DNA from: a virus
Taxonomy: Duplodnaviria; Heunggongvirae; Uroviricota; Caudoviricetes
Direction: 5' to 3' (one strand)
Virus record (IMG/VR): IMGVR_UViG_3300025015_000009
Location: 254,014-318,013 of that record
Length of the DNA stretch: 64,000 bases
Part shown: positions 18,381 to 27,932 of the stretch, piece by piece
How the letters are laid out: the number at the start of each line of letters is the position of its first letter
How positions within the stretch are numbered: position 1 is the first letter of the stretch
Translations under genes and position numbers: made by a program
The notes under the pieces: model-generated
Databases searched by the model: none
Told to the model about the DNA's origin: nothing
What the model saw: only the letters and a program-made list of their open reading frames with translations

Positions 18381-18629
18381 TTACCGTTGCCCTGTCCGAT
18401 GCCCTTGCTGCGGAGCATTCCCGTGCTCCTGCCGAGCTTTACGGTTACGTTGGCGATCGTATTTCTGCCAGAGAGCTGACCGATAGTTGTATAAGTCCGC
18501 CTCGTTAAATGGAACCGCAGGGAACTGCAACCGAATAAAGTCTTTGAAGCTTTCTAGATCGGTAAAGATCTGGGCTACTTCTGGTTTCATACGAAGGTAC
18601 TTTTTGATATAAGATGGAACTGATGCCAT
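18381..18629 (-). CDS. hypothetical protein
   Basis: 82 aa, MKPEV..IF.DLE...FNEADLY. Confidence 0.65.
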   Translation of the reverse strand: MASVPSYIKKYLRMKPEVAQIFTDLESFKDFIRLQFPAVPFNEADLYNYRSALWQKYDRQRNRKARQEHGNAPQQGHRTGQR

Positions 18630-18678
18630 TGGTATTACTCCTATTTTTACTACGGTTAATAAAATGCTACATTTAAAA

Positions 18679-19128
18679 CTACGGACAGAACTCGATTAAT
18701 GCTCCGTTGATGTTATCTTCAGCTACATCAATTCGAACTTCTGACATTGGGTACTTTGCTGCAATCTGTGCGTACAAGTCGTCTGCAATCATTTCACATG
18801 ACTTCGAGTTTAGATCCAACGTCTCGTTACTGTATAGGTCGTTCAACCAGCGCCGGAATTGGATAAACTCAACATCTCTGTTAGAGTGCGACACTTCTAG
18901 CCAAACTTTAATAAAAAAGTAGTGCATGTGGACGTTAGCAAGGTGCGACACGTCATATTTGTTATTTGTTGCAAATTGTGGCTCAGAAGCAGCTTCTGGG
19001 AAACAATGATATCCTTCCTTCTGGATAGTTACATATATAAACTTTTTGGCCAGTCTGATTGTTTGGTTGACTTTGTTGTGCCTTGCTGCTAACACTGTGC
19101 TTTGAATGTAGATATCTTGTGTACTCAT
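18679..19128 (-). CDS. QueD-paralog T-fold protein (DpdL-like)
   Basis: EGYH.FP.A, LANVHMHYF (LxxxHxHxF), RDVEFI, SCEMIA, V.ED.ING. Confidence 0.65.
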   Translation of the reverse strand: MSTQDIYIQSTVLAARHNKVNQTIRLAKKFIYVTIQKEGYHCFPEAASEPQFATNNKYDVSHLANVHMHYFFIKVWLEVSHSNRDVEFIQFRRWLNDLYSNETLDLNSKSCEMIADDLYAQIAAKYPMSEVRIDVAEDNINGALIEFCP

Positions 19129-19129
19129 G

Positions 19130-19432
19130 CTAATATGTTAACATCTCCATTACAACAATGCTACTGATATCTGCAGCATATGTTTCTTTTTGAACAACTG
19201 TGTGTATCGACCTAACCGTTCTATCAGTTTTGCAGTCAAATCGAGTTACATTAAGGATAAGGCCGCCCTTTGCTGGTATAATATCAAACCTAACAGAATC
19301 CTCTCGATCCAGGGGAGAACTACGACATAGCACCTGCGACGATGTTTTGCATTCGTCACCGGTATAACCGTCATGGTTATTAATAAAACGAAGGTTTAAC
19401 CGGCTGGTAATGTACTCAATAAACGCTCTCAT
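19130..19432 (-). CDS. hypothetical protein
   Basis: Likely start MRAFIE with ATGA overlap; VRFDIIPAKGGLIL. Confidence 0.6.
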   Translation of the reverse strand: MRAFIEYITSRLNLRFINNHDGYTGDECKTSSQVLCRSSPLDREDSVRFDIIPAKGGLILNVTRFDCKTDRTVRSIHTVVQKETYAADISSIVVMEMLTY

Positions 19433-19638
19433 GCTGCATCCTCCAATAGCTGATCTATTTCTCCCTGAGGTATCTTGCTTATTTCTTCTAATTGGTCGCA
19501 TTCACTACTGAGTATAAACAGTTCGCGATTGTCATCACCCTTGTATAACTCAACGATCACGCCGCCCCTGGCAGACATAACCTTAAAAGAGACTCCGGTT
19601 GATTTGCTCTTTTGTGACCTTTTAATAGATTTAGCCAT
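19429..19638 (-). CDS. hypothetical protein, paralog of the downstream gene
   Basis: VSFKVMSARGGVIVE resembles VRFDIIPAKGGLILN. Confidence 0.55.
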   Translation of the reverse strand: MAKSIKRSQKSKSTGVSFKVMSARGGVIVELYKGDDNRELFILSSECDQLEEISKIPQGEIDQLLEDAA

Positions 19639-19639
19639 G

Positions 19640-20167
19640 TTATGCAACCACTGTGTCTGATGTGTACTCGTCCCAATTAGTAAACGTATCCGGTGACTGC
19701 AAGTCGTCTAGTCTATGGCACCAGACTCCGTCGTTTGTCGAATCAAACCCAATGTCGTCTATCTTAATAATTGCATTTTGACTAAACTGTCTAATATACG
19801 GAATTTTTACAGATAATATTGGTATGAACCGACGATGTTCAACGCAAGTAAGTTCCAATACTTCGTCTGAGTACTTAACGTCAAAGTCTAACGTAACCCA
19901 ATTGTTAGTATCTAGTATCGTATTGATCATAACCGACCACTCTTTTAGTTCTTCAACTGACTTCGGTTGAAAACTCTGGTTAGCGCCAAAGTAGATGTGC
20001 GTTACATCCCGTTGTTTTACGTTATTTAGTTTAGCGAGAATTGTGTCGATCGGTTGAATCCCCACAACAAATAATGTTTGTTTTCCGAACGCCGGCGTCT
20101 TCTCGACCTCGACTCCGGTGAAGAACGTAGCGGTGTTGGTCGTTGTGTTTGTGTAAGATCGTTTCAT
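19640..20167 (-). CDS. hypothetical protein in the deazaguanine cluster
   Basis: FFTGVEVE.TPA.G..TLFVVG, HIYFGANQSF, KIDD..F..TN.GVW. Confidence 0.75.
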   Translation of the reverse strand: MKRSYTNTTTNTATFFTGVEVEKTPAFGKQTLFVVGIQPIDTILAKLNNVKQRDVTHIYFGANQSFQPKSVEELKEWSVMINTILDTNNWVTLDFDVKYSDEVLELTCVEHRRFIPILSVKIPYIRQFSQNAIIKIDDIGFDSTNDGVWCHRLDDLQSPDTFTNWDEYTSDTVVA

Positions 20168-20364
20168 TTTTGCTCCTTACTCGGGTTAGACAAATGTTGC
20201 ATCGTAATAGTGTTACTAAGTTTTGATATTAACATTATAAGCGATGCCCGCTGTTTACGCAAGTGGACTAACTTACCGGTTATAGTACTAGTTTTGTGCT
20301 CAGCGAGTTGTTGTTCCACCTGGGCCAGGTCTTCTTTTAGTTTGTATAAGTCAACAGTAATCAT
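20164..20364 (-). CDS. small coiled-coil protein
   Basis: 66 aa helical ORF. Confidence 0.5.
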   Translation of the reverse strand: MITVDLYKLKEDLAQVEQQLAEHKTSTITGKLVHLRKQRASLIMLISKLSNTITMQHLSNPSKEQK

Positions 20365-20365
20365 A

Positions 20366-21931
20366 TTATGCTGTTATTGAATTTTCTAGGTTATCCAATG
20401 CTGATTCGTCGAATCCAGAATCATCACTGTGGTGTTCTACGTGTTGGTATGCTTGTGTAGTAAATTTGTCATTGAACACTGTAGTCGAGTTATTCTCTCG
20501 TTTCCCAGTGTTTCCTCTGGTTCCGATGATATTAGTCAGGAACCATTCGTGCTTTTTGATCAACGCAAACGATTCTGCGGTACTACCAGCGAAAATCTTG
20601 TCAATTAAATCGGTTAAAAACAACTGGTCGTGGCGTTCGTCTACTAGCATCTTAGGAACCGATGCTCTTGCTTCGTACAGAGCATTGGCCTCTTGAACAG
20701 CAGTAATATGTTGGTACACATTATGCCCCATTTGTAACGCATAACTAAACGAGTCCCAACTTGTTGCCCCTTCTTTACCGATCTTGTTTAAGTCGCCCGG
20801 AGCATATATACAGATGTCTTTCACAAGTAATCGCTTGCTAATAGGTGAGTCAGTAAACGAACTGAATATCTTATCAGTTAGAAGTGCATCAGACAACGGT
20901 CTAGTATCCGATGCATACTTTTTGTCGTCTACAGATGGTTGCATTCGGTATACCCATTTCTTTCTATCTGGGTACTCGTTATTCGTGTATATCTGCCCGT
21001 TTGCTGTTGCAAGAAACGGACTAGCACAGTCAAAACTGATAGTGAAGTTCTCATTATGATACTTACGCACTGCGTTTTGAATGTCGGTTAATAACAAGCC
21101 CCATTCTAGCTTACTGGTGCCCAAGAAATGCATCCAATCGTTTTCTTCTTTTTTCAATAATCCGTCTGCAATTAACGTAACAACTCGCTTGAGTGCCAGT
21201 GTCGGAGAACACATAGACTGCCCGCCCATTGCCCACCCGTTGAACGGTTTTGCATACTGCTTGGCATCGTTGAATTTCTTCATCTTCTGATACCAGTCTT
21301 CTGCTTCTTTGTGTGTTTCGCCTTGAAGAACATTTAGAAACTTACATGCACCAGTTCGATTTGCCATAAAGTATTCGTTGTTGATGTACGTTGCTTCGAC
21401 TGCATCGTCGTACGACATAATACCTGTTGCTTTTTGGCCTTCGGGACTTCTACATACCCATGCTGGGATATCTAGAATCATACCATAGTCCATGTACGCA
21501 TCCATCCAGGCTAATACTTGTTCACGCTTCTTTTGTGCTTTGGGGCAAGACGGATTCTTCCACTCACCTTCCCAGACACCCTTTCCTATTTGGAAGCCTC
21601 CTGAGTCACCAAGTACAAAAGTTGTGTTCTTATCTCTACCGCGGATCATATTCTCCTTAGGTGACACGCGATTCACATCAAGATCCGCGTGTCCTGCAGA
21701 ATACAGTGACCATTTGTACGTGAAGTATCCTTCTTTTTCGTTAAGCCAGTTCATTCCTTCGACACCATTTTCAAAACCAATTGGCATTCGTTTTGCGTCG
21801 ATGTAAGTTTGGTCTACTTGTTGTTTTCCGATGTATGTTCCGTAGAACGAACTCAATGCAGGTAAAAATATTGCATATTTACTTCGACCTCTTTCGTCGA
21901 GTTGTTGGTTAGTTAAGTTTTCTTTTTCCAT
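20366..21931 (-). CDS. TGT/DpdA-like guanine transglycosylase
   Basis: GDSGGFQ, LDIP, NVLQG, WAMGG, HFLG, DCASP and late HN motifs of the TGT fold; no CxCxxC zinc site seen. Confidence 0.8.
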   Translation of the reverse strand: MEKENLTNQQLDERGRSKYAIFLPALSSFYGTYIGKQQVDQTYIDAKRMPIGFENGVEGMNWLNEKEGYFTYKWSLYSAGHADLDVNRVSPKENMIRGRDKNTTFVLGDSGGFQIGKGVWEGEWKNPSCPKAQKKREQVLAWMDAYMDYGMILDIPAWVCRSPEGQKATGIMSYDDAVEATYINNEYFMANRTGACKFLNVLQGETHKEAEDWYQKMKKFNDAKQYAKPFNGWAMGGQSMCSPTLALKRVVTLIADGLLKKEENDWMHFLGTSKLEWGLLLTDIQNAVRKYHNENFTISFDCASPFLATANGQIYTNNEYPDRKKWVYRMQPSVDDKKYASDTRPLSDALLTDKIFSSFTDSPISKRLLVKDICIYAPGDLNKIGKEGATSWDSFSYALQMGHNVYQHITAVQEANALYEARASVPKMLVDERHDQLFLTDLIDKIFAGSTAESFALIKKHEWFLTNIIGTRGNTGKRENNSTTVFNDKFTTQAYQHVEHHSDDSGFDESALDNLENSITA

Positions 21932-23421
21932 TAGTTTCTTCCGTATACTAAGTTACCACAATCCCAAATCCTATAATACCCGTTCATTGACATGTTTTCG
22001 TATTCGCTCAATTGTTCATCGAATTCGGGTAGCTTACTACTTAACATATGTTTCTGAAACTGGTTCCTTGACAGTAATGTTATTTGCTCGTTAATCTTAA
22101 AATATTTGTAGTTAGGTGCTGCGTGGTTCAGCAGTGTAAATCCTGTTGTTTCGTATAGGTTGGTGTTTGTTAACATTGTCCATCGTCTATCTGCGTACGA
22201 AATAAGTGACGATAAATCTATCACGGTTGCTGCGAACGATAACAACTTACTGAGGCCGCCCACAACAGTTGTATCTGTTTTTGAACAGTACCGTATCAGT
22301 TCCCACTTGTATTTTTTATTATACCTTGATTTTCCTATAGTTGCAATAGCAATTAGCTCGTTTCCTGCAGAGTACAACCCGAACTTGTACTTTGCTGCGG
22401 CTTGTCCTTGCAAGTGGTTTTGTTCTAGAAATTGTGTTGCGACGTGAGTTGGCACGACACCGACTGTGCATTTTCGAGCAAAAACTCTGTTAGACTTCCC
22501 GAGTAGATGTCTGATTTTAGACTTAATGATTTGTTGTGTTGCTGTGTTGTACCATTCAGTGTCGTAGATGTGGATTAGGTGGACGTGTTGTTCTTCACAT
22601 TGCTTTGTTTTATTCAGATGATAGAATCTGTCCTTGCCTTTTTCCTCGGAGTGCCAGTACACTCCGTTTATCTCAAACCCGATTCTCAATAACGGAAGAT
22701 AGATGTCGATTTCTTTCGGAGAAATAATAGATCGATCGTTGTTAGTAATGGGGCCTGTGTATATACTGCCGATGAATTCGGCAATTTCTCTGTGTACTTG
22801 TGTTATCTGGTGCCGCTGTACATTAATACCGTTTTGTGTTAAGAAACACAAGATAGGAGTTGCCGACACACCTAGTTCGTTTGCTATTTGTTGGCAGGAT
22901 TTGTTTAACACGGTATGCTGTTCGGTTAGCCATTCTAGATCTTTCATCAGCCGAATCGACTCTATTGGTATGTGACAGTGCTTGTTTGTTGCAACACCAA
23001 ACGTATCTAGACACGTATTTTTTCGTTTAAGCAGGATTTGTTTCTTAGTTGACGGGTCAGCAAATCTAGCGACTGCACTAATTCTGATCTTTTCTATTAT
23101 ATCTTTGTTTTTAGATGGATTGTCCACACCGTACTTGTTGATGAAGGTGCGTTTCATTTTATCTTTAACTTCGTCACATTTAGATGGGTTATCTACTCCG
23201 TGTCTGTCTAGGAATGATTGTTTTATTTTGTCTCTAACTGTTGAGAGTTGCATCGGATGATCCACGGAGAATCGACTGCGGTTTGTTTGTTTTTTCTTTG
23301 CTAGTATGGCAGGGTCAGAGCCCATGCATTTGTTAGAGCACCAATCCCACCATTCTTGCTTAGATTTAATAAATCGTGTAACTTTACTCCCACATATACA
23401 ACAGTTTTTTTCGTTTGTCAT
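21931..23421 (-). mobile_element. putative homing endonuclease (Vsr-like domain plus Hef-like C-terminal domain)
   Basis: CxxC..CxxxC N-terminus, YGVDNPS repeats, EIDIY..FEINGVYWH, FARKC..NHLQG..EL.RYC..VGGLSKL..SYADRR..RIWDCG. Confidence 0.75.
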
Positions 23422-23449
23422 ACTCTGCCTTTATTGTACTTATCAGAGT
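23422..23449 (-). promoter_or_regulatory. hairpin directly before the endonuclease ATG, with a late-promoter-like TAAGTA in the loop
   Basis: ACTCTG-ATAAGTACAATAAAGG-CAGAGT-ATG. Confidence 0.5.
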
Positions 23450-23466
23450 CTGGCGGATTCGAAATA

Positions 23467-23997
23467 TTAAGCTGCTATTCTGCCCAATACCCGATAGAAC
23501 AGTGCCCGAAGTAGTGCATCTGTTTTCTCTTGGTTATTTGATGTGAATGCTTCGTATAGATTGCTTACTGCTTTTTTGTATGAGTCTGAGAATTGTTCTA
23601 CTCCACCGAACGCACTGTTATTTGAATGGAGCAAGTTTCTAGAGTCAGCTTCGTCGTAAATGTCTCCATCTGAGTAATCAGACAAACACATATCTGGGCC
23701 GGCAGGAAACAGTTCACGACGATCTGCTTCGTTGTAAATGTCATCGTCCGTGTAGTCATCTAAACTAGTTTCTACTTCATCTGGAATCAGCCCGCGTCTA
23801 TCTAACTCGTCTAGTAGCACAAAGTCGTCGAGGTTCTGTAGGTACGTCGGTTCGTCGGTTGTTTCGGCAAGCTGGAATATTACTTCTGCTAATAGTTTTC
23901 TTTTTTTGACCTCATTGATGATCTCACTGTTTGTTAGCATACAAGTGCTATACTGGTTTGATTGTCTCATGTTATCTTTCTTACTTAATAATAGCAA
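23467..23997 (-). CDS. acidic protein with internal repeats
   Basis: LDDYTDDDIYNEADRREL / LSDYSDGDIYDEADSRNL / LDDFVLLDELDRRGL. Confidence 0.65.
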   Translation of the reverse strand: MLLLSKKDNMRQSNQYSTCMLTNSEIINEVKKRKLLAEVIFQLAETTDEPTYLQNLDDFVLLDELDRRGLIPDEVETSLDDYTDDDIYNEADRRELFPAGPDMCLSDYSDGDIYDEADSRNLLHSNNSAFGGVEQFSDSYKKAVSNLYEAFTSNNQEKTDALLRALFYRVLGRIAA

Positions 23998-24715
23998 GTA
24001 TATAGAAGCTGTAGTTGATCAGCCCGCTGTCAACGGTCACTAAAATCACACCTTCGTCGCTGAACTTAATTGCTTTAGTACCAGTTAATGCCATAATGTT
24101 CTTGATAATTGCTACCGGCCAATCCCATTGTTGTTTGAATGTTCCGGTGATGTTATTTGCGAACACGAAGTTTCCAGTGTGTGAAGCAGGATCACCAAAG
24201 TAGCAAATAAGGTCTTTATTTACAACATTAAACTGACAAGTTGCTTCTCCTGCGTTTGCTTGAATTTGGAGATTCAAGCGTTGAATAGCAGCCGGAGTCG
24301 GAACCAAGTCGATAATCCATTTCGCACCTTTAAACATAACTTGTTGCAGTTTTGAGTTAACGAGCTGCTGGCTCATGAAGCGGTAGTCGTTTTTAAAGTC
24401 TCCAGCAGCGTTCTCAAAGTGTAATCCATTTAGTGCGCCATCTGAGCTTTTTGTTACAGTAAATTTTGCGTTTTCTCTGTACTCGGATAACCCAAGGATG
24501 GTGTCTAACTTAGTTAGGTTAGGCATTCCGAATACACCAACAAACTCTGGAATCGGAGCTTTTGTTACTGCGCTAACGATAACCAGCTTCTGCTCGTCGA
24601 TTGCGTTTAGTGTTGTTGCGGTAGTAGTTCCTTCTACTCGAATTAGTTCAATAACCCCTACACCCAGTATGTTCTTGGCGATGTCTTTCAAGTGATCGTA
24701 AAGATGTTCGTTCAT
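23981..24715 (-). CDS. sliding clamp (gp45/PCNA-like)
   Basis: 244 aa alternating beta/alpha pattern ending Y.FYILA; lies near polB, with a clamp loader in the window. Confidence 0.6.
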   Translation of the reverse strand: MNEHLYDHLKDIAKNILGVGVIELIRVEGTTTATTLNAIDEQKLVIVSAVTKAPIPEFVGVFGMPNLTKLDTILGLSEYRENAKFTVTKSSDGALNGLHFENAAGDFKNDYRFMSQQLVNSKLQQVMFKGAKWIIDLVPTPAAIQRLNLQIQANAGEATCQFNVVNKDLICYFGDPASHTGNFVFANNITGTFKQQWDWPVAIIKNIMALTGTKAIKFSDEGVILVTVDSGLINYSFYILAIIK

Positions 24716-24744
24716 AGTATTGCCTTTCTAGTAAGTTAAGTTAA

Positions 24745-24773
24745 AGTATATCTGTTTAAGCAACAAGAGTCAA
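24745..24773 (-). promoter_or_regulatory. sigma70-like promoter
   Basis: TTGACT-N17-TATACT. Confidence 0.55.
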
Positions 24774-24780
24774 TTCCTTG

Positions 24781-25674
24781 TTACTCGAATGTGTTCTTGA
24801 TAGTGCCAATTACCGGATGGACCTTCATAGTCGATAATACCCCAGGCTTAACAATTTCTGCCCAGGTAACATGTTGTTCTATCCATTCGGTCGACTTAAC
24901 GACAAACCCGATTCGGTGACATATTGCGGTTATTTCTTCTGTTGTAGCATAGTGCATTATCTTGTTTTCCGCTAATTCCGCGCAATACGGATATATGCAG
25001 TTGTTGAAACTAAAGATTACTGCGCCTCCTGGTCGCAGTAATTGAAAACATTGGCTAAGGTATTGCTCAACGACGTCGACTGTACAGTAATTAAGAAAGT
25101 TCCAGCTGAATATAAGACTGTGTTGTCCAAGCGGAAGTGGTAATATGTTATGGTCTTGAGTTATATATCGTATTATCCTGTTCTGTGCTTGGTCAGTCGG
25201 TAATCGATTAACTAGTGCGGTGATCGCATCGTTGTTGTTGTTTGCGACAGTGAGTGGTTGCGCATGTTGCAGTAAGTTAATAATGCTCTCACTGGAGGCG
25301 CCGATCTCAAGCGCCGGGTATTGCCAGGACAAGTATCTTGACAGAACCCCACTTATGGTTTGTTTTGTTCTGTCTGACATTGGGTAACAGTTAGCTAACT
25401 CGTTATGAGACGACATGTTAACCGTTAGTTGGCCACCTCTCTTGTTGATGTGTTTTGCAATTGAATTTATTGCCATATTTACATCCGAATCAAGAGTAGA
25501 CCGGAGGGAAACAATAGCAGCGATTGTATTATCCAGCGTAGGTAGTAGAACTGGTGGTAGGTCATTTAACACCACATTGATGTTATTAGAAATACAATCG
25601 ATCGTCGAGTTAACTGACGCCCGTAACTCGTTTAGTTGCTGCTGGACTTCAACTAGTTTCTTTAACGGGATCAT
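24781..25674 (-). CDS. class I SAM-dependent methyltransferase-like protein
   Basis: ALEIGAS (degenerate motif I), IFSWNFLNY, LLRPGG.VIFSFNN; N-terminal coiled coil. Confidence 0.65.
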   Translation of the reverse strand: MIPLKKLVEVQQQLNELRASVNSTIDCISNNINVVLNDLPPVLLPTLDNTIAAIVSLRSTLDSDVNMAINSIAKHINKRGGQLTVNMSSHNELANCYPMSDRTKQTISGVLSRYLSWQYPALEIGASSESIINLLQHAQPLTVANNNNDAITALVNRLPTDQAQNRIIRYITQDHNILPLPLGQHSLIFSWNFLNYCTVDVVEQYLSQCFQLLRPGGAVIFSFNNCIYPYCAELAENKIMHYATTEEITAICHRIGFVVKSTEWIEQHVTWAEIVKPGVLSTMKVHPVIGTIKNTFE

Positions 25675-26690
25675 ACGAACGAGAACAAACTGCGGAATGC
25701 AGATCTCAAGTTAGTTGCATCTTCTATGTCCCAATCCATTACCCCTAACAAGTTTGTTACTTTCTTATCAACGATTGCTCTTTCCATCGCTTCGTTGTCA
25801 AACGGAAGCTCAGTAAACCATGTTGGGAGATGTTGGATATCGATCGGGTACCCAACTGTTGTTATTCCGGTGGGGTTATCTCTTATTTTACAAGCAATAG
25901 TCTTCATTCCGTCTACCACCTTAGGTGAGTGGTGATCGTTATTGAGAGTTCTAAGTATATTCCAGTTAATAGCACCAGTTACGTGCCCAGGTATCATTCC
26001 TTTTTTACCGGATTGTGATTGCTGTGTGTATCGGGTTAAGTTGTTAACTCGTTTCGGTGTCCCTTTTTCCCACGGTGGGAGTGCAGCAAATGTTCTCTTG
26101 AACTCGATTATCTTGTTGACAACGAAGTCTTTGTCTTTAAGAGTTAGCACGTCAAGTAGTATACTGCTCAGGAACTCCTGCGCAATCTTTGGTGTATCTG
26201 CTCGTTTCAAGTCAAGCCCCATTGCTTTAACTTTACCGACCCCGAATATTACACCTTTTTTCTTTGCAGTTTCTTCGTCAAGTTGATCTAATCGGTTGCC
26301 ATCAAGCTCGTTCATTAGAATTGCATATCGTTTCTTTTTAATAAACAAACCAGCAGTTCCCAGTAGTTCGCGACCACCTTTAATGATCTCGCCATGAGCT
26401 CTACTACACTTAAACGCTTGTTCCATGAATGCTGGAAAACTTGTATTAACATTATCAGCGATTATGTTATACAGTTCAATTGCAGTTTCTATTGACCATT
26501 CTTGATCTCCAGCAGAGACCGCCTGTTCAACAGCGGGCCAAGCGGAGAAAACACAGGAATCTGTGTTATGAACTAGTATGTCGTTTCCAAAGAAAAATGG
26601 ATCTTGATCTTCGATACAGATGTCATACACGTAGTCATCTACTTCACCTAAACATACTACAGATTTTATTGTTGTTCGTTCAATATCCAT
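25671..26690 (-). CDS. DNA polymerase B C-terminal half with N-terminal split intein IntC
   Basis: 42 aa IntC (VYDI..FF.N.ILVHN) followed by TDS; KKKRYA, GLDLKRADTP, PGHV. Confidence 0.92.
   Translation of the reverse strand: MDIERTTIKSVVCLGEVDDYVYDICIEDQDPFFFGNDILVHNTDSCVFSAWPAVEQAVSAGDQEWSIETAIELYNIIADNVNTSFPAFMEQAFKCSRAHGEIIKGGRELLGTAGLFIKKKRYAILMNELDGNRLDQLDEETAKKKGVIFGVGKVKAMGLDLKRADTPKIAQEFLSSILLDVLTLKDKDFVVNKIIEFKRTFAALPPWEKGTPKRVNNLTRYTQQSQSGKKGMIPGHVTGAINWNILRTLNNDHHSPKVVDGMKTIACKIRDNPTGITTVGYPIDIQHLPTWFTELPFDNEAMERAIVDKKVTNLLGVMDWDIEDATNLRSAFRSLFSFV
26565..26690 (-). other. split intein C-fragment (IntC, 42 aa)
   Basis: Block F VYDI, block G ILVHN, +1 Thr. Confidence 0.9.
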
Positions 26691-27553
26691 TTAATTACCT
26701 CTGTTATGGTTTTTTCTTTGTTGTTAATATAGTCACTCTCCCATACAACAAGAGTTCTGAATCCTTTTTTATTAGCAACTTCTATTTTTCGTGCATCTTT
26801 GTTCCATATTTCTGTCGCAGTGTGATCTTTAATAGTGTCAGCCTCATTATATATTAACGGATTGGCATGCCAGTAATCACCGTTAAATTCTATTATACAG
26901 TCTTTGTGTTTGATATCATAGATATAATGCCTGTTAAGGTCGTTGTCCCAGAGACAATATGGGTTAGCTATCGAGCTATTATCGACATTGCCTAGTTGAC
27001 TCTCAAGTAAGAGAATGAACTCTTTCTCGACTTTACTATATATTTGCGAAGAGACTCTATGTACCAGTGCTTTCTTTGCGTTTATTTCTTTGTATTTTTC
27101 TAAACCTGCATCGTGACCAAGCTTCTTTTTAAAGTAGTCTACTGTGTTTGTGTACCGTTGTCTTTCACAATACGCATTCCATCTCTCGATTCCAATATCT
27201 TCTCCGTGGCGAGAAATCATATTCTCTAGGGTAGCCGATCTCCCTTTATTATACTCAGCAAACTCGTCTTCGGACCAACCGAATTTTTCTTTTTTGTACT
27301 CGAATGTGTTCGTTTCGGCCTGCTTACGTCGATACGACTCCCATCGAGTTTGTCCGGATTCTGTCCCATATTTTTCTATTAGATTTGCTAAGGTTATTGC
27401 TGTTTTTTTTGATAACACAGGGTCGACTAGTAGTTCTCCTGGATACGCATTCTTGTATTCTTTTCCGTTTTTAAATCTACCCGAACAGTTATATTTAAAA
27501 TGTGTCCATTGTAATCTATTAGTAGTAAATCCGCATTCTTTGCAAGTTAACAT
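26666..27553 (-). mobile_element. Vsr-like (PD-(D/E)xK) homing endonuclease between the split-intein halves
   Basis: YD..IIEFNGDYWHANP...D..K...A..KGF....VWESD; N-terminal CxxC and TL.N.I.+.G repeats. Confidence 0.82.
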
Positions 27554-27584
27554 ATGGGGCTTCTCCTGTCTCCATATGTATTTA
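27551..27584 (-). promoter_or_regulatory. late promoter and start-codon-sequestering hairpin of the intein-associated endonuclease
   Basis: TAAATA overlaps the polB-N stop, then CATATGG-AGACAGGAGAAGCC-CCATATG, which contains the ATG. Confidence 0.6.
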
Positions 27585-27932
27585 CCTTTTGAGACAAATA
27601 AACTGATCTGTAGTTAATATCTCAGTGGGTTTTACCTCGAGTAATACCCCCTGTCGTTCAATCATAATGCTATGATCAGCAGTAACCTTAATACTTTTTC
27701 CGTTATTTAAGTTAATCTGATATAACATTTTTTTTGTTTTATGTCGCATAACATACGCAGTGTTTGCCATAGCTGCCATCTGGTTATACGCGCTATAACC
27801 CATCACCGATACGGGACATTGTAGACCGTATTCTTTGTCACCAATGGTGGTTTTTTCTAAACAACAATCGAACAACTCTTCTATTGTAATTTCGTCATTA
27901 CTGGTTAGAATTCTTGTATCCCCAGTGACACT
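27582..27932 (-). other. split intein N-fragment (IntN, 116 aa)
   Basis: Block A SVTGDT (Ser1), MRHK, block B VTADHS. Confidence 0.9.

Noticed and set aside
26666-27582. Group I intron interrupting polB
   Set aside because: Only 28 nt separate the N-half stop from the endonuclease start, and the endonuclease overlaps the C-half start, leaving no room for a ribozyme core; intein motifs explain the split.
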